Notes: a model not told the origin generated them from the sequence alone. A DNA stretch of 62,795 nt, filler included, from Choristocarpus tenellus KU-1152 (GCA_964200185.2; 13 parts of 13 records of this genome joined end to end with filler, not necessarily neighbours in it); one strand, 5' to 3'. Counted from the whole stretch's first letter, positions 13,207-27,140 are shown. Program-made: numbers and translations.

Positions 13207-14726
13207 TCAAGCGGCCTGGAATCTATCTGGTACAAGCTCTGCTTGCAGTGCACTACCCCAGCATTCAAGGTCACCATCAACACTAACAGCACATGTATGG
13301 TAGTCAGCAGAAGATATTTCCTCGTAAGCTGCGTTTGTCTTGTTCAGCTGTGAAGCCAATACCAAGCGGGCAGCAAGTTTATGGACATGTTCAGGGACAA
13401 CTGTCGGCATTTTTTTGGAGAGAAGGGGTAGCAGCCAGGATGGCTTTTTTCAAAGAACGGCAGTAGAATCAACCTTGGCTTTTAAATCCCTCTCTTCTCC
13501 AATTGCTACTTCCCCCAAAAAGTAAAGTTCTTCAACAACATCCCTCTGAATTTCAGTATTACCTTGAGACACTCAACTTCATGAATATTTGTTGCTAACT
13601 GTATATACTGTTCTCTGCTGTGCTTTGTGGTCTTCCAATGTGTCCCAAAACACACAGTACAGTAAGACAAACACTTTCAATTGATTGTGCTTCAGATTTA
13701 ACATTAAGAGAGAGCGTCAAAGTTATCAAATGATGCAGAGTTCACGGTGGTGGAGGAACATGTAGAAATACACATTTCATGGCCATTTTTAGTGTGACTG
13801 GAGTGCTCCAACACACTCAAAGCAGAGAGCAGGATGAACCTAAAAGGCAATGCTAACCACACGGCGCAAGTCAATCACACGTTGTCTCTACTATTGGCTG
13901 ACCTTCCCACAAGCATTGAAAACATTGCCCTTTTTCACAACTGATGATAAAAACAGAGTTAAATTGCCAAGACCCCGTCACACCCCCTCAATCAATCAAT
14001 CAAATAGATATCTCTTATCAAAGTAAACCACCGCTTGGACAAGAGGTGGTGTAGGAACAAGCCATGACACAACTAATCATTGACAACATTGAGAGGTTAT
14101 GTGCATCCTTCGTGGCCTGGATGATTGCTTGCTGTGCTCTTTAGGATAGTGCTAGAAATTATAGCACACCTTTGTCATCCCCCAGCATTCCACTCCACTG
14201 TTCATTTCGCGGATCCCACAAGTGGTCCACCGCCCACAAGATACCTAGGAAAAAAATGCGATCGAGGCATGCAATGGTTTGATGGGGTTTAATAGGTGCC
14301 TGGATGGCGATTCTACCTTGCAGTGAATATACCTTTGTAGGATAGACAACGTGCATGCTCACGGTTTAATCTTACTACATTCTGGAAGAGTAGAGACAGA
14401 TTCAAGCTTGGGGCAGGAAATGGCACAAAGATATTGGAATGTTTGCTGACCTAGACCGGTGAGAGATGATCACCTCTCACCGCAAATTGCGCGGACTGCA
14501 AGGATTTTTGAGCACGGAACAAAACAGTGGAGTGCGGGTGCCTGAGCTGTTCTTACATGTACACAGGCAAACTTAGGCATTTGCCTGTATTGTGAATGAC
14601 CAATGCACTCATTCCTTCTATGTAAAACTCACCTGTTGCCACGGACCAGCTCGGAAAATAGTTTCCCCCCTCATATCTCGTCCCCAGCACTGGATATCTC
14701 CCATCAATGTCACCCCACAGACATGC
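13207..14726 (-). CDS. RCC1/BLIP-II repeat protein, last three exons
   Basis: Phase-compatible exons 14726-14633 (HVCGVTLMGDIQCWGRDMRGETIFRAGPWQQ), 14244-14170 (VSCGRWTTCGIREMNSGVECWGMTK) and 13347-13207 (…EEISSADYHTCAVSVDGDLECWGS…stop). These show the RCC1 repeat pattern (VS.G..H.C......G...CWG). Confidence 0.85.
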
Positions 14727-14962
14727 CTGTGGTGGTGATTAGGGTAGTAAAGGGGCATGGTGCACAAGGAAGGGGGCCCTAGGTGCAAATGGTGTACATG
14801 AGGCGATAGGATCAGGAGTTATCCACCCGGAGCTGCCTTCAAACTCTGTTAGATTGGTATTTCGTTCATGCTAAACATGTTGTAATCATTAGACTGTCGT
14901 CAATCTAAAGAATTTATCACTATGATTAAATCAGCTAGAAAACATTTTCGATTACTGGAATT

Positions 14963-15228
14963 GAGTGAAAGTTTCTTATTAAGAGAGGGTACGCATTTTG
15001 CCCTGTTTGTCGGTTCGGGGCTTGGCTTCCCATGGGTTTTTGTGTGACATTTTCCTGCTCCAAAATGTTTCGGAGTAGGTAAAATGTATACGCTATGAGA
15101 AGGTGTGTCCGGAACAAGGATATTGACACTTCCAAACAAACATGATATAGCCAAAATTACGTCAAAATCGCAACATTGGATTTTGGTCCCCAAATGGATG
15201 CGCCCCTGCCCTCTAAGATACTTTGGCT
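14963..15228. mobile_element. MITE family B
   Basis: GAGTGAAAG...CCCTCTAAGATACTTTGGCT, flanked by AATT/AATT. Confidence 0.88.
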
Positions 15229-15378
15229 AATTAAATCAAATTGAAATGTCGGCGCAAGAGACGACGCGCGCGAAACGCGCGCAGATTGACGAGTGGTGCA
15301 TGGCACTGCAAGGCGTAAATCGCAGCCTCTATAGGTCTCAGCAGGCAGATCCGAAGGCCACGAGCAGCAGAATATGTA

Positions 15379-15636
15379 GAGTGAAAGTATCTTAGAGGGT
15401 ACGAGTTTTGCCCTGTTTGTCCATTTGGGGCTTGGCTTCCTATGTTTTTTTTATGTCTTTTTCCTATTCCAAAATGTTTCAGAGTAGACAAAATGTGTAC
15501 GATATGAGAAGGTGTACCTAGAACAAGGATATTGACACTTCCTAACAAACACGATATGAAAAATGACATCAAAATTGCAACATTAAATTTTGGACCCCAA
15601 ATGGACGCGTCTCTACTCTCTAAGATACTTTGGCTC
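15379..15636. mobile_element. MITE family B, complete copy
   Basis: TIRs GAGTGAAAGTATCTTAGAGGG / CTCTCTAAGATACTTTGGCTC, 4-bp TSD TGTA. Confidence 0.9.
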
Positions 15637-16214
15637 TGTAGCGAGTTAGTTGTGGGTAGTGACGCGCCCTGTGAAGAATATGTGGTTCATCTGGGACCTG
15701 GTACACGTTCACTAGTCACACTTCTTATTGGCAAGTGCAAAAAAAAGTAACTCAATAACCAAACCTTCTTCAGCTCAGTTATCCGATTATTCTGGTTCAT
15801 CGAAATGAGTCTGATTGAACTGTTGCAAAATCACAACACATTTTTCTCTTTCTCAAATTCTACAGTATGTGTGGAATGAGCCATTGTTTGGAGATATATA
15901 CAATTCTCGAAGGTGACATTACAGAACGCCACCACGGTACGTACCCTACATGTCACATTTTCCAAACATTTTGGGTAAACGTATCTGGGGNNNNNNNNNN
16001 NNNNNNNNNNNNNNNNNNNNNNNNNNNNNNNNNNTTAATTAATTAANNNNNNNNNNNNNNNNNNNNNNNNNNNNNNNNNNNNNNNNNNNNCCCCCCAGAT
16101 ACTTTGGGTCCTGATTCAGGAGGTCCCACTTCCAGTCCTGCCAGCGCCACCCCGGAAAGGCCCAGCGACGAACTATCCTCTCCTGGATCAGGGGGGGACC
16201 TTTGCCCCAGGTTT

Positions 16215-16785
16215 TATTACAGGTGAATAGCACAAGTATTTCTTCCCACGCTTTAACCGGCGTGAACAGTGTACGTGCGTGGGGAACCCCAAAAGGGGGA
16301 ACTCCGATTTGCTAAAAAGTTGCAGAATAAAATCTGTAACTTGGGAAAGTCGCAAGGGTTCCCAGATGGTAAGGTCGCAAGGGTTCTCAGATATATTCCA
16401 ATGTCTGTAATCCAAGGAAGCCTCAACGGCAAATGATTATAAGAGATCCTAAAAACGGCTCCAAATGGCTCAGTGCGTAGGGACCCATCTATAGCACTCT
16501 CTTACTGATACCAAAAACATATTTTCTTATGCTATTTTATTCATTTGATAGTACCCCTGTTCTGCTGAGCTGACATTCGTTAACCTGTGGATTGGACTCC
16601 TTTGACTGTCGGAGTATCCTGGGAGTCTTGTACGAGCATGGGAGTCATCCATAGACCTGTGGACTGGAGCTGCACATCTTGTGGAGGATCCTGGGAGCTC
16701 TTTATGAACATCGGTGTCATCTATTGGTCTGTGGGTTGGAGCTACACGTCTGGGGGAGGTCAGCTTCTGGAGCGTGCCTGTAACA
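16215..16785. mobile_element. Solo LTR, same family as 33432-33880
   Basis: TATTACA...TGTAACA termini, 4-bp TSD GTTT, high similarity to the 33432 copy, plus an internal tandem duplication at about 16585-16760. Confidence 0.85.
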
Positions 16786-16789
16786 GTTT

Positions 16790-17481
16790 CCTCCATCCTC
16801 CCCCCTCCAAAAAAATGCCAACTGGTTGTGTCCCTCCATATCTTCTCCTGTTTGCAGTGTTTGGACCCCCGTCCAATGATGTGCTCCAAGACTTTGACAT
16901 GAATATGAGTGAGGGACCCCCACAAGAAGAGTCCACATCCTGTGACTTCAGCAAGGATGGGGGGTCAGTGGAGTCTTCTTCAATGGAGGGTGTGGAGGCA
17001 ATGAGGAGGTTCAGGCTAGCAGCAAACCCAGGATCGAGGAGTCGACAGCAGTTACGGAGGGCTGCTGAGGAGGACTTGAAGTTGGAAGCAGAGCCAAGGA
17101 AAAAAAGTAGGATGGACGACCACATTATTTGTGCCCTTATATCCATCCACATTGGATGATGCGTCTAGAGACATGAGGAGACATAAAGAAATCATGGAAG
17201 AAAGGCTACTGCTACGGGAGATAGGAAGAAAAGGATGGAAGATAGGCGCAAATTTGACGGAATGCTCAAGCGCTTGGCGGACTTTTGAGAAGAGTGGTGA
17301 TACTGTTCAGGCAGATTTCTGTAGGAAACGGTATGAGGAATTGATGGCAGAGAGGTTAGACGAGAATATCAGTGGTGCTGGGGTGATGTTGGGAAGTGAT
17401 GGGACAGTGGTGAAGGGGGGCTCAGGGGATTTGGAGCCAGATAGTGGCGAAGGGGGGGTTGACTTGCGGACGTTTGGGTGA
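16790..17481 (+). pseudogene. Decayed ORF convergent with the Harbinger transposase; likely the second (DNA-binding) ORF of the element
   Basis: Two overlapping charged ORFs in different frames (…AEEDLKLEAEPRKKSRMDD / DMRRHKEIMEERLLLRE…). The assignment rests on position and the known two-ORF layout of PIF/Harbinger; no Myb/SANT motif was seen. Confidence 0.4.
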
Positions 17482-18084
17482 CAGGCGGAAGTAGTGGGGG
17501 ATAGACTTGGGGAATCAGTTGTGACAACACAGCTGTCAGTGTAGTGCTCAGTAGTCTTTTGCAGTGGTGCCATGCTTGTTGGTGTACCATCATCACACTG
17601 GAATTTATTTTTGTTTCAAGTCCTCTTATCTTGAGCTTCTGATGCATAACCAAACGAAGCTGTCAACCCTGACCTTGTATCATGACCTCGAGCAAAGTTA
17701 AAGTAACGATGGTGGTCCCAGCGCTCTTCAGAAGGTTAGGGTATAATATTATCCACTACTCAGAACGAAGTGAGCTGCTCTTGTCCATGAGAACAATCTT
17801 TACCTAAATACATTGTCAACAAAACTAGTGTCAAATAATTCTCCCTTTTGACTGTTGACTCTCAATCACTCTCTACACTGTACTGACAAATGACTCTTTG
17901 TCCTGTATTGCGTCTTCCTACCTCTTCTTGTATGTACTTTACAAAAGCAAAATATCAATTGTACCGTTCCCTCTCACATAAAGTGTCAATAGTGCAATGT
18001 AAAGCACTGCTTGACAAGCAAGATCCCATCATCAGGACCTCATCCAAACAACCTCTCCGTTTTCCCCCTTGTACTTGTAATGTG

Positions 18085-19690
18085 CTATGAGCCTATTCCT
18101 AAGCTCATTAAATCCCATCTCCCTCTCCACATACTCTTCAGACCCCCCTCCCTCCTGATCCCTTGGCATGCCCATCCGTGTGAAATCAGTGTAAGTTTAC
18201 TGTAGAAGGCATCCTGCAGACCAGTACCCCCTGTCCAATCAGTGTTGCCCTCCAACTCTCCAAAGCCATCATATGAATGAAGCATATTTTGCAATATGCA
18301 GCAAGTGAAGAAATCTTCTTCCTTTCCGCATATAGTAGTGGTAACCTGAGGATTCTGAAGCGGCCCTTGACTCTGCCAAAAAAGCACTCGACATCCTTGC
18401 GTACACTCTCCACTCGTTCACTCTACCTTGCCTGTGCCTGTGTGACAGATGCCCTCATTGTGCACCTCCAATGCAAAGATTGGGTTGGGCAAAGGAATGT
18501 TGACTTGCTAGTTTGATGAGTGCTCATTTTCACAGGAGCTAACCCTAACATGGGCATGGCCGTACAATCACGTTTTTTCTGTCACCTTGTGGTAGCCCCC
18601 ATCTAAAAGGACATAGGCCCCTTTCTTGGTGTAACAGTTCCCAACGGAGTCCTTGACATGGTACTCCAGCTGTCTGTATGTGGGATCATTTCTAAGTTTC
18701 GGGATAGCACCATCATATCGAATGATTGTCTTATCGTTTTTAGCTCCAGGAAACCCAGCCGTCACTTCCCGTGCAAATCCAGTATGATCAACGGTCACAT
18801 CATAGGCGACCGTCTCGTAACCTTCCTTACCGATGTAATACGGGGCATCACTAATGGGCGCCCTCTCCCACGGCGCATGTGTCACATCAGTGGAACCCAC
18901 AGCACCAGGAAACCCCATAGCTTCATACGTGCGCATGACCTCCCCAAATCTTCGCCCTCTGGCAGATAAATCCACTTAGCGTACATATCACGCACAAAAC
19001 ACTCACAGAAGCGGTGAAACGTGGTTTGTGTTGTGCTCTCAGATATACCAGAAAGTTGCTCGATATCATCAAAGCAGTTTCTCCTGGCAAGGATTTGGAG
19101 AACCGATAGGACCTGCAGGCGGCAAGTCAGATCCAGTACTGTCAGACCAAAGGACGGTTGAATCTACAAGCCCTATCAAGGTAGCTCTTTCACACACAAA
19201 CTCTACTGGCGGGTATGGTCACCTTCAGCTTCACGGGTATGCCAGGGCGTCTGGTGGCATCTGCGGTTCGACAACCAAGCCACCCCTGCCTTTCTGCCTC
19301 CTTTACTAATTCTTCAGAGGAAAGAAAATGGGACTCGGAACAGCCTCCTGGACTTCAGCACCTCCCGCGAAGTGACGTCTCTTAGATCTTCCTCTCCCCA
19401 GCTTAATCCCCTCCCATGAGCTCGCCATGAAAACGGGCCGGTCTTGGGGGATGCGAAACCTGCGAAATAATGGACTTTCTTCCTCCTCATCCTCCTTGTC
19501 CTCCAAAGTGGAGATGAGCAATATCCCAGTTGCGTTTACACTAGATGACACCTCCAACATAAAGGTAGATTCATCGAAAGACGATGAACTAGAAGACGAC
19601 GATCTGGAAGATGATGAACTCGAGGATGATGAACCTGAGGACGATGACATTAGGTCTCTCTCACTCTCTTCATACATTTTGTCCATCTTG
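18085..19690 (-). mobile_element. PIF/Harbinger DDE transposase, intron-containing and frameshifted
   Basis: Motifs RRLFRVPF, GIPVKLK/VLSVLQILAR..CFDDIEQL, GFPGAVGSTDVTH, YIGKEG, GAKNDKTI, LLDGGYHK and ESVRKDVECFFGRVKGRFRIL are typical of DDE_Tnp_4 / plant-transposon nucleases. At least two frameshifts. Confidence 0.9.
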
Positions 19691-20590
19691 AACCAGATGT
19701 GGTATAGTAGTAATTCTGTAGTCCCTAGTACATTGCTACGAACAATAACAGAGGGCAAATCGAAACACCAAGAATCCCGTTCAGATTTGCCTTGAAAATT
19801 GACCAAGAAAGTCTCATCCACCCTCCGTTCAGTTTTGCATCGTTCAGAAATGCCTCAAAATTGCCGTATAATTGTCATTTTGTTTTGCTCACGAATTCTG
19901 GATTATTATTATTTTTTTGCACATTCCTATTTTCTTATTCNNNNNNNNNNNNNNNNNNNNNNNNNNNNNNNNNNNNNNNNNNNNTTAATTAATTAANNNN
20001 NNNNNNNNNNNNNNNNNNNNNNNNNNNNNNNNNNNNNNNNCCCCCCCCCCTCCCAGATACTTTGGGTCTTGTCCCTCATATTATCCCCTCCCCAGTATAG
20101 TTTCTATCTGACTTGAACAATAAATGTCTGGCCAGCACTTCATGTCGAACAGAATCGGGAGGAAAACGCCTAGTTGTTGAAATAACTCAGGGAGGCAGGT
20201 GGAGCAATAGTGGTGATCAGTCCAAGTGGTCATACTCTAGTCCAAGTTGTGAATATCTTTGTTAGTGGGCGGGAAGCGTGGTGAGAAGAATGGTGATTCT
20301 ACTGACGTAAAAATGGGAAAATGTTGCTTATTGTGGTTATGTGTCCCCTCTACCCCTCCCTGAATCTTGTTATAGTGTTATTTATTTGATACTGTCCAGA
20401 AAAAGCCCCGAAATTCGATCGCGAGTTGCTATCCAAAAGCCTACAAAGGGGATTGTATGTTGTGGGTATGAAGTAGTATCGTTGGATTCCCCATGGGAAA
20501 CTGGTCGGTTTGGACCTTTCAATAGACGAAAATAGCTACACAACAGCTCCATTGTGGCATTGAACAAACTGACCGTGACAATATAGTTCT

Positions 20591-20775
20591 GGGTTAAAGT
20601 AACTGAGCGAGGGGGGGGGAGGGGGGTCTACAACAGGATGTCCATGCGGGCCCTGATTGAGAAAAGTGCACTTACATTATCTATCCGACACATGCAACAA
20701 AATCATCCAAAAATGACGACATGAAAAAATGGTCCCCGAACGGACAGCCGCCACCCCCCCCAGATACTTTGAGCC
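20591..20775. mobile_element. MITE family A, complete copy
   Basis: GGGTTAAAGTAACTG...CCCAGATACTTTGAGCC, TSD TCT. Confidence 0.87.
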
Positions 20776-22082
20776 TCTTGAGCTCCGTTGTCGACCCAAA
20801 GAGATGACTGCCCGACGTATAGAACGTTACCCGACACACACGCACGCGCGCGCGTTCCATATTATATGACGTGAAATGTTATCTTATTGTATGCCCTCCA
20901 TTTTGGAAGGGTTGTCGTGAGAATGAGACGAAGAACAACATGCAAGGTCGGATGGACCATAGAACACAACAACAGAGTTTGTATTGATTACTGTAGAGGC
21001 CTTCCTAATACACCACCAACAACAAGAAGTTGCACAGGTTCATAATTTCAAACAAGAAATACACCCCCTCCAAACTACGTGGAAGAACAGCACTTAGTTA
21101 CTGTAATACTCTAAATTATTATTGTAAGTTTTCTTGAACCATTGTACTCCTAGTTACTACCAATATTTTGAAGCATTCAGAATGCGATTTTTTTTAGTAG
21201 GAGAAACAATCAGTACCGGATGCTAATTTTCAAGATACTCTTAAGACACCATATTTCTACCCATTATAAAAGATTGTCACTCTCACAAAATTATCAAATG
21301 GATGTTTTTAGAGGCGTTATTTGCAACGGTGGCGATATATGCACTTCCTGAAAATAAGTTGTCTCAAGTAACAGAGGGACGAAGTGGTATTGTAGACATA
21401 GATAGGTGTCAATAAGTCGTAGCAAGTCGTATTCGTCTATCAGATTGTATCGACTGCCGTTTTGACCCACCTTACGGTTATGGTTGACGGTTTGCTGGCA
21501 TGTACATGTCCAACAGGGCTTACATTTGACGAGGAAGCCGATGATGACCACCCCCACTCTGATTCGTCCTGTGTGAGGATACCACTTTAGCGATTGTACA
21601 CATCATTTCGACGGTTGAAAGTAATTTTACATGCTAATAGATTCATCGTCACTATTGCTCTGAATGGTGTTAACTCACAACAGGACCAGGTGGTGTTAGA
21701 CATACTAACTCGGGAAGATAATCTTTCTTCTTTTTTGCCTTGTTATTGTTTCAAATTATGAGCATTTTCTCTCCATAGGTAACAGTTTCCTTTTTCCTGA
21801 GAATCGTTCTACCAGGCACACACATTCCCAAGATTGCAGGGGTACCCTCACTCATATTGACTTGTCCAATTATTATTGTAGTACACTTGGAATAATATCT
21901 TACGCTCGAATGAACATAAACGTACACTTTCCATCGGTCCCTCTTGCACCCTCAAACTATTGTAGAATAGTTTTGGAGGGGTACAAGTACTTCTCCAAGG
22001 TCCCTGGTCCAGCAAGGTGAGTATGCACAAATAGTACTAACAGGCACATTGTGATGGGGTCCTGCAAACTGAATCTCCCTTT

Positions 22083-22193
22083 AACAGCAGATTTCAAAAA
22101 TTGAGGATGGGCTTGACCCAAAATTAACATATCGACACTTTCTCCCAGTCAATTTTGGGTCAAGCCCATCCTCAATTTTTGAAATCTGCTGTT
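22083..22193. repeat. Perfect 43-bp inverted repeat with 25-nt spacer
   Basis: AACAGCAGATTTCAAAAATTGAGGATGGGCTTGACCCAAAATT (22083-22125) is the exact reverse complement of 22151-22193. Confidence 0.95.
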
Positions 22194-24333
22194 CTTTATT
22201 GACAGACGTCTGAAATTTCAATTTTACTGCCAACTTGGAAATCCGCATTTATTTGGGGGAGGGGTACGACGCAATACATTTCCCCCCAAACGAACGGCAG
22301 AATTATTTAGACACATACCGTCGATATACATTTTTAAAAGTCATACCGTACCAACTAAACTAATACCCTGTCTAAAATGATATTTTCGTAAAGGTTAGTA
22401 ATGACGCCACTTTGTCACACAACTACAGGGATACTTAGCATCCCTGGACCAATGTTCGAATGGTAGAACGACTTGGTTTCCAACCACACCAACATGTGAT
22501 ACCCAACCCTCACAAGGTGTACACTTAATCAGTCTTCTAAGGAATGTTCAAGATATTGGTTCCTATCCCTACGTGCAGAGTGGTGTATGTAACAATAGTC
22601 AGACATCCCCCCTTCCATTCTATGTACTCTTAATTTTGCACAGGCAGTCACAGGCTCCCTCCTGCATACCCATCCCCTTCTACCCATTTAGCCATGTAAA
22701 CCCCCCCCCAAACAGTGCTCCATCCCTCCCCAAAATGCCGTTCCTCACAACTTAAAATGCTTCGCCTTTCTCCACAATAATGATGATCTTGGTGTGAATC
22801 AACATGCAACAAATAATAATGCTTGTTGACAACTAATACCTTGGCATAATCTGCACTAATAGTAAGAACAACTCCAACAACAATGCATGCATCCCACACG
22901 ATTTCCTCCCTACATAATAAAAGTCTTCCCTTCTTGAGCCCCTCCTCCCCAAAAGCTGCATTTTGCCCTCAACACTCTAAGTGCACTTCCAATACTTTTA
23001 GTTTTCTTTTCCCATGATCACGAAGTATACCTTCCTAGCACTGGAATGGTTGCTTGTCTACTGTCTACTCAGGCACAGAAGAATCAACCATTGGCTACAC
23101 CCAACATTAGTACATCTCCAAACCCAAACCACCCAACAGTTGAGGCAACAAATAATATTAAAAAAGTTGATGAATAACTCTTGCATGCAGAGTATCCTCC
23201 ATTGCAACCTGATAGATTGCGATGGAGCATCAGGGATACTAACACAAAAGTATTTTCCAAGTATTATGCTAACCGCTAGAGCACAAAGGAGGTAAGTTGT
23301 AAAACTATTCCTCTAAAGAGGCCATTCTGCAACACAAGGTTTCTAAACAAACGCCAACTGCAGTATGGTACACCTGTAGTCTCTGCTGTGCTTGACGAGT
23401 GGTAACCGCTAAATGAATCCACACACCACACAGACCCACAAGGCTTCGTTTGTTGGCTCTTGCACCAAAAGCAATGTAGACCAATCTCAATATTCCTAGG
23501 AGATGAGCCATACAGTATATCTTTACACTGCGATTCGATTTGCTATTAAAAAAAAGATTCTACAAAGATGAAAGCTCCAGAAATATCAGAACAGCTGTGT
23601 ACCATTGCATGTATTCCACACCATCCACGTTCCCTTTCCTACTCAAGCCTCCCCAACACGACGGAGATGCACACACACATCTTCAACAAAACAACCTTCA
23701 TCTTTGACACCACACAGGAAAAAACAAACTCAAACCCCAAAAGGCCAATTCCTCTAATGCTGTACCACTCTGGCAGGGTAACCAAGAAGTGTTCGGCATC
23801 CTTGATACCTGCTCCTAGCCACTTTTTTCACTTTCATGTCCCATTCTACGTAATACCTGAGACAACTCAAAAAGAAAACATAAAACACAGTATACATCAA
23901 AACCAACATGCTCTCTCGCAGGTAAGTAGCTCGTCGTTTCCACTATCAAAGCTCTTGATTCAAGAGCCACGTTCAAGTGGACTCTCCTACTTGTACACTC
24001 AACTGCCCAATCAATATCTTACCACACATGTCACAACACAACAACATACCCCTTCTCTTCAAGATGGCTGCCAGATGAACCTAGAACACCCAACAAAAAC
24101 ATTCATATACAAGTACCCCTCTTTGCTGTCTTACCACCATCCTCCTTTGCACCGACCAGATTACTTACCTACACTCATAGATCACTCAAACATTTCACCA
24201 AGGCAAACAGCTTACCTTTTACTTTTACTCTCACCTTGTTTCTTTGAAAGGAGCAACAATCAAGGTGTTCATCGAGCAAAACAGCAAAAACAGCAAAAAT
24301 AGATTCAAACCCCCACTCTTGTAGAGATCGTCT

Positions 24334-25855
24334 CTACTGTGCTACTTGTATCCCATTCCTGTCATGTTCCCGCTTTGCTGCAAAGTTTGAATTCTTATGG
24401 TTACAGCCTAGAAAAAAAACAACGCAAGTCACATCGTCGTGCATCGATCTTCTCACAGAGCCCTCCGGCACATCCATGAGTCCTGGGACAGTCAGTGAGT
24501 AGCGTTCGGCTGCTTTCTCAAGGACACGCTGTGGTTGAAATAAACAGAAAGGTGAAGGGTAGATGGTGTTAGTCTTCATGTAGATCATGAGAACAGAGTT
24601 GAATGACAGGGGGACTGCACAATGGAATAAACATATGAAGCCATACGAAATTGAATAGTTCCAGCTAACTCGGGGTGTGACTAGGTTGAACTCCCACTGT
24701 GACAAGGTTTCTGGTTTGAAAAAAACACATCAAATATAATTAAGGGAAGCAAAAAGTCATGTTCATTCTTCGATGGGTGCCTATTTGGTATCATTATGGT
24801 GTGAATTTCAACCTGTGCAATCTCCATGTGCACTTCAAACTGCACCTCTGAGTTGCAAGACTCAAATTACAGATGCTGGTGTTGTACAGGTTATGTATGC
24901 TCCTAATGATTACACAAGTATTATAGAGCAACCAAGGATTGGAGAGGGATCAACCCTGCCTGTCTCAGTCAGTCCAACCCTTGGTTAACCATTGACTATC
25001 AACCAGCTTCAGCAGGATACACAAATAATAACCACACTGCTGGAGCAAATCCTCACCTTGATGAGGCGGTCGCCAGCGTCCTTGGGATTTTGATCTTGGT
25101 AAGCAGCCTCCTGCACAATCTCAACAGCCTCTTGGCTACTGACATAGTCCCATAACCCATCACTGGCCAGAATGACGAACTCATCAAGCTCCGGATTGAT
25201 CGAGTGCTCCGTGATCTCAGGTTCCGCCGTGATGTATGGGGGTGAATAAGGAGGGGAGATGTACCGGCCGCGGGAGACATGTGTCCCTGGCTGACCGTTG
25301 AACTCTGAATATTTCAGGTAGGCATCTCCGAGGGAACGGGTTGGCTGAAGCAGATCCAAAACAACAGAAGACAAAAAAAAAGAGGAACAAGACAAAAAGC
25401 ATCCTTGTTGGCCCCATTGGGCAAACTTTGACTTCAGAGTTATAGGTATATTGGCAGAATGCAGGATATATATATATATAACCTCCTTTGTTGCAGAAAA
25501 TACTCCACTTCTTCAAATGACACTTTTTTTCGCCATTAGATCATTGGCCAGTCACCTCAAAATTTCTTCTCAAAACAGGCGCACTGCACGTTACCTTCTT
25601 TCCACTGTGGATAGCAAAAATATCCCTGTCCTATTTGAAGGGAATGGGGTGGGGGGAGTTGGGGACTAACCTGCAGCTTTCCTTTGACATAACAGGCGGT
25701 CGACTTCTTGCAGCGGATAATATCATCCTCCCCGGGGTGAAGCCGCCTCAATTTCTCCTGCTCCTTGTCCTCACGGGCATTGTGATCATTGCTTAGCACC
25801 ACAGCCTCGATCTCACCCCCCCCCCCACTCGCGCCCACCACCCAGCCTCTCACCG
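24334..25855 (-). CDS. PP2C/PPM-family protein phosphatase, 3' part (5' end lost at the contig edge)
   Basis: In-phase exons 25855-25671, 25344-25057 and 24528-24334 encode LSNDHNA, VKGKLQ/PTRSLGDAYLK, PYITAEPEI, FVILASDGLWD and RRSMHDDVTCVVFFL. Confidence 0.93.
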
Positions 25856-27140
25856 NNNNNNNNNNNNNNNNNNNNNNNNNNNNNNNNNNNNNNNNNNNNT
25901 TAATTAATTAANNNNNNNNNNNNNNNNNNNNNNNNNNNNNNNNNNNNNNNNNNNNCCCCCCAGATACTTTGAGCCACATTGTGGATGGCCAATGATCCAT
26001 TCCTAACAAACACTCACCTCACAAGTTGCTCTGGAAGGCAAAGAACCTCAACATTTTCAATCTCCTTAGTCTAAAACTATTTTCTCCTGTATCACGCTCC
26101 TGCCTACCAACCAACCCCATCTGTACCAACAGCCGGCATTAGTGGGATATATACTAGTACAATATAGCAGTTCAAACCCTGAGCTAGCCCCTCCTACTTC
26201 ATGGGTTCGCACCTAGTGGATATGTAGGAATGATGAATTGTCATGGGTTTTTCCTCAAACATCAAGCTGGTCACATTGCAGTGCCAGAGAACAGACACCC
26301 TCGACCTCACACCATAGTATGAGGTGTGGGCCTTGACCGCTTCCCTGAATAGCTGGGGGCTCCTAGTAGTGTAGCCTTAAGGAGCCAGAGGTTCTTCGTA
26401 TACACTTGCAATATTTTTGGAGGTGTCACCCAGGATAAAGGAACCTCGTGCCCAAGGGAGTGGGCGTTGAGGCAGGCAGGGATAGAGCAAGTGCACAGTA
26501 CACTGTCCTACCGGGCAGCCGGTGAGGCTCATGCAAACTGCCTAGAAATCAGCCGTAGGTGACTCTGGGCTAAGGGAAAATTTTCTGGCGATCAGCATGC
26601 AAAATGGTGTCAAGGAATGATACACTAAGAGATAGACAATATGTGCTGCTTTAGACAAGGGTAATGTGGTTGCTGTGGGCTAGGAAAAACAACCGATTTG
26701 GTGAGGGGAACAACTGAGTCTTTCAGGCCCACCAACAAAATGCACTCCAAGACTGATTGGTACTCCTTGGGCGTACGCAAGGGGTTGATACCCCTCGTCG
26801 AGATCACTTGTGAATTGATGAAGTCCAAGAGGAGGTGAACACCCTTCCTCCATTTGTGGTCCAAGATTTGATGCCCAAGTTACAAGTGTTACGGAGGGGC
26901 AACATGCAGGACCACTCGAAGAATTTTCAATCTCCGATGTTGGTATCCACATCTATCCTAACGGGAATCTGGTTATGGGAGGTGGGAACTTGATCGGAGA
27001 CAGGTTGAAAGCAATGGCAAGATGGTGCAGGCTGTGGAGCCTTACTATAATAGTGGCAGAGGCAAAGAAGGTGAGAGATAGGAAGGAGGAGGTGAAAGTA
27101 GAACTGTTGCATAGGTTTAGAGGATGGTGTTTCCGTACAT

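Noticed and set aside
22445-22500. tRNA-Gly-like fragment (GTTCGAATGGTAGAAC…TTTCCAA)
   Set aside because: No T arm or acceptor stem could be formed; at most a decayed tRNA-derived remnant.
23568-24302. 244-aa ORF
   Set aside because: It lies antisense to the PP2C 3' region, has C/A-biased low-information composition and shows no motif.
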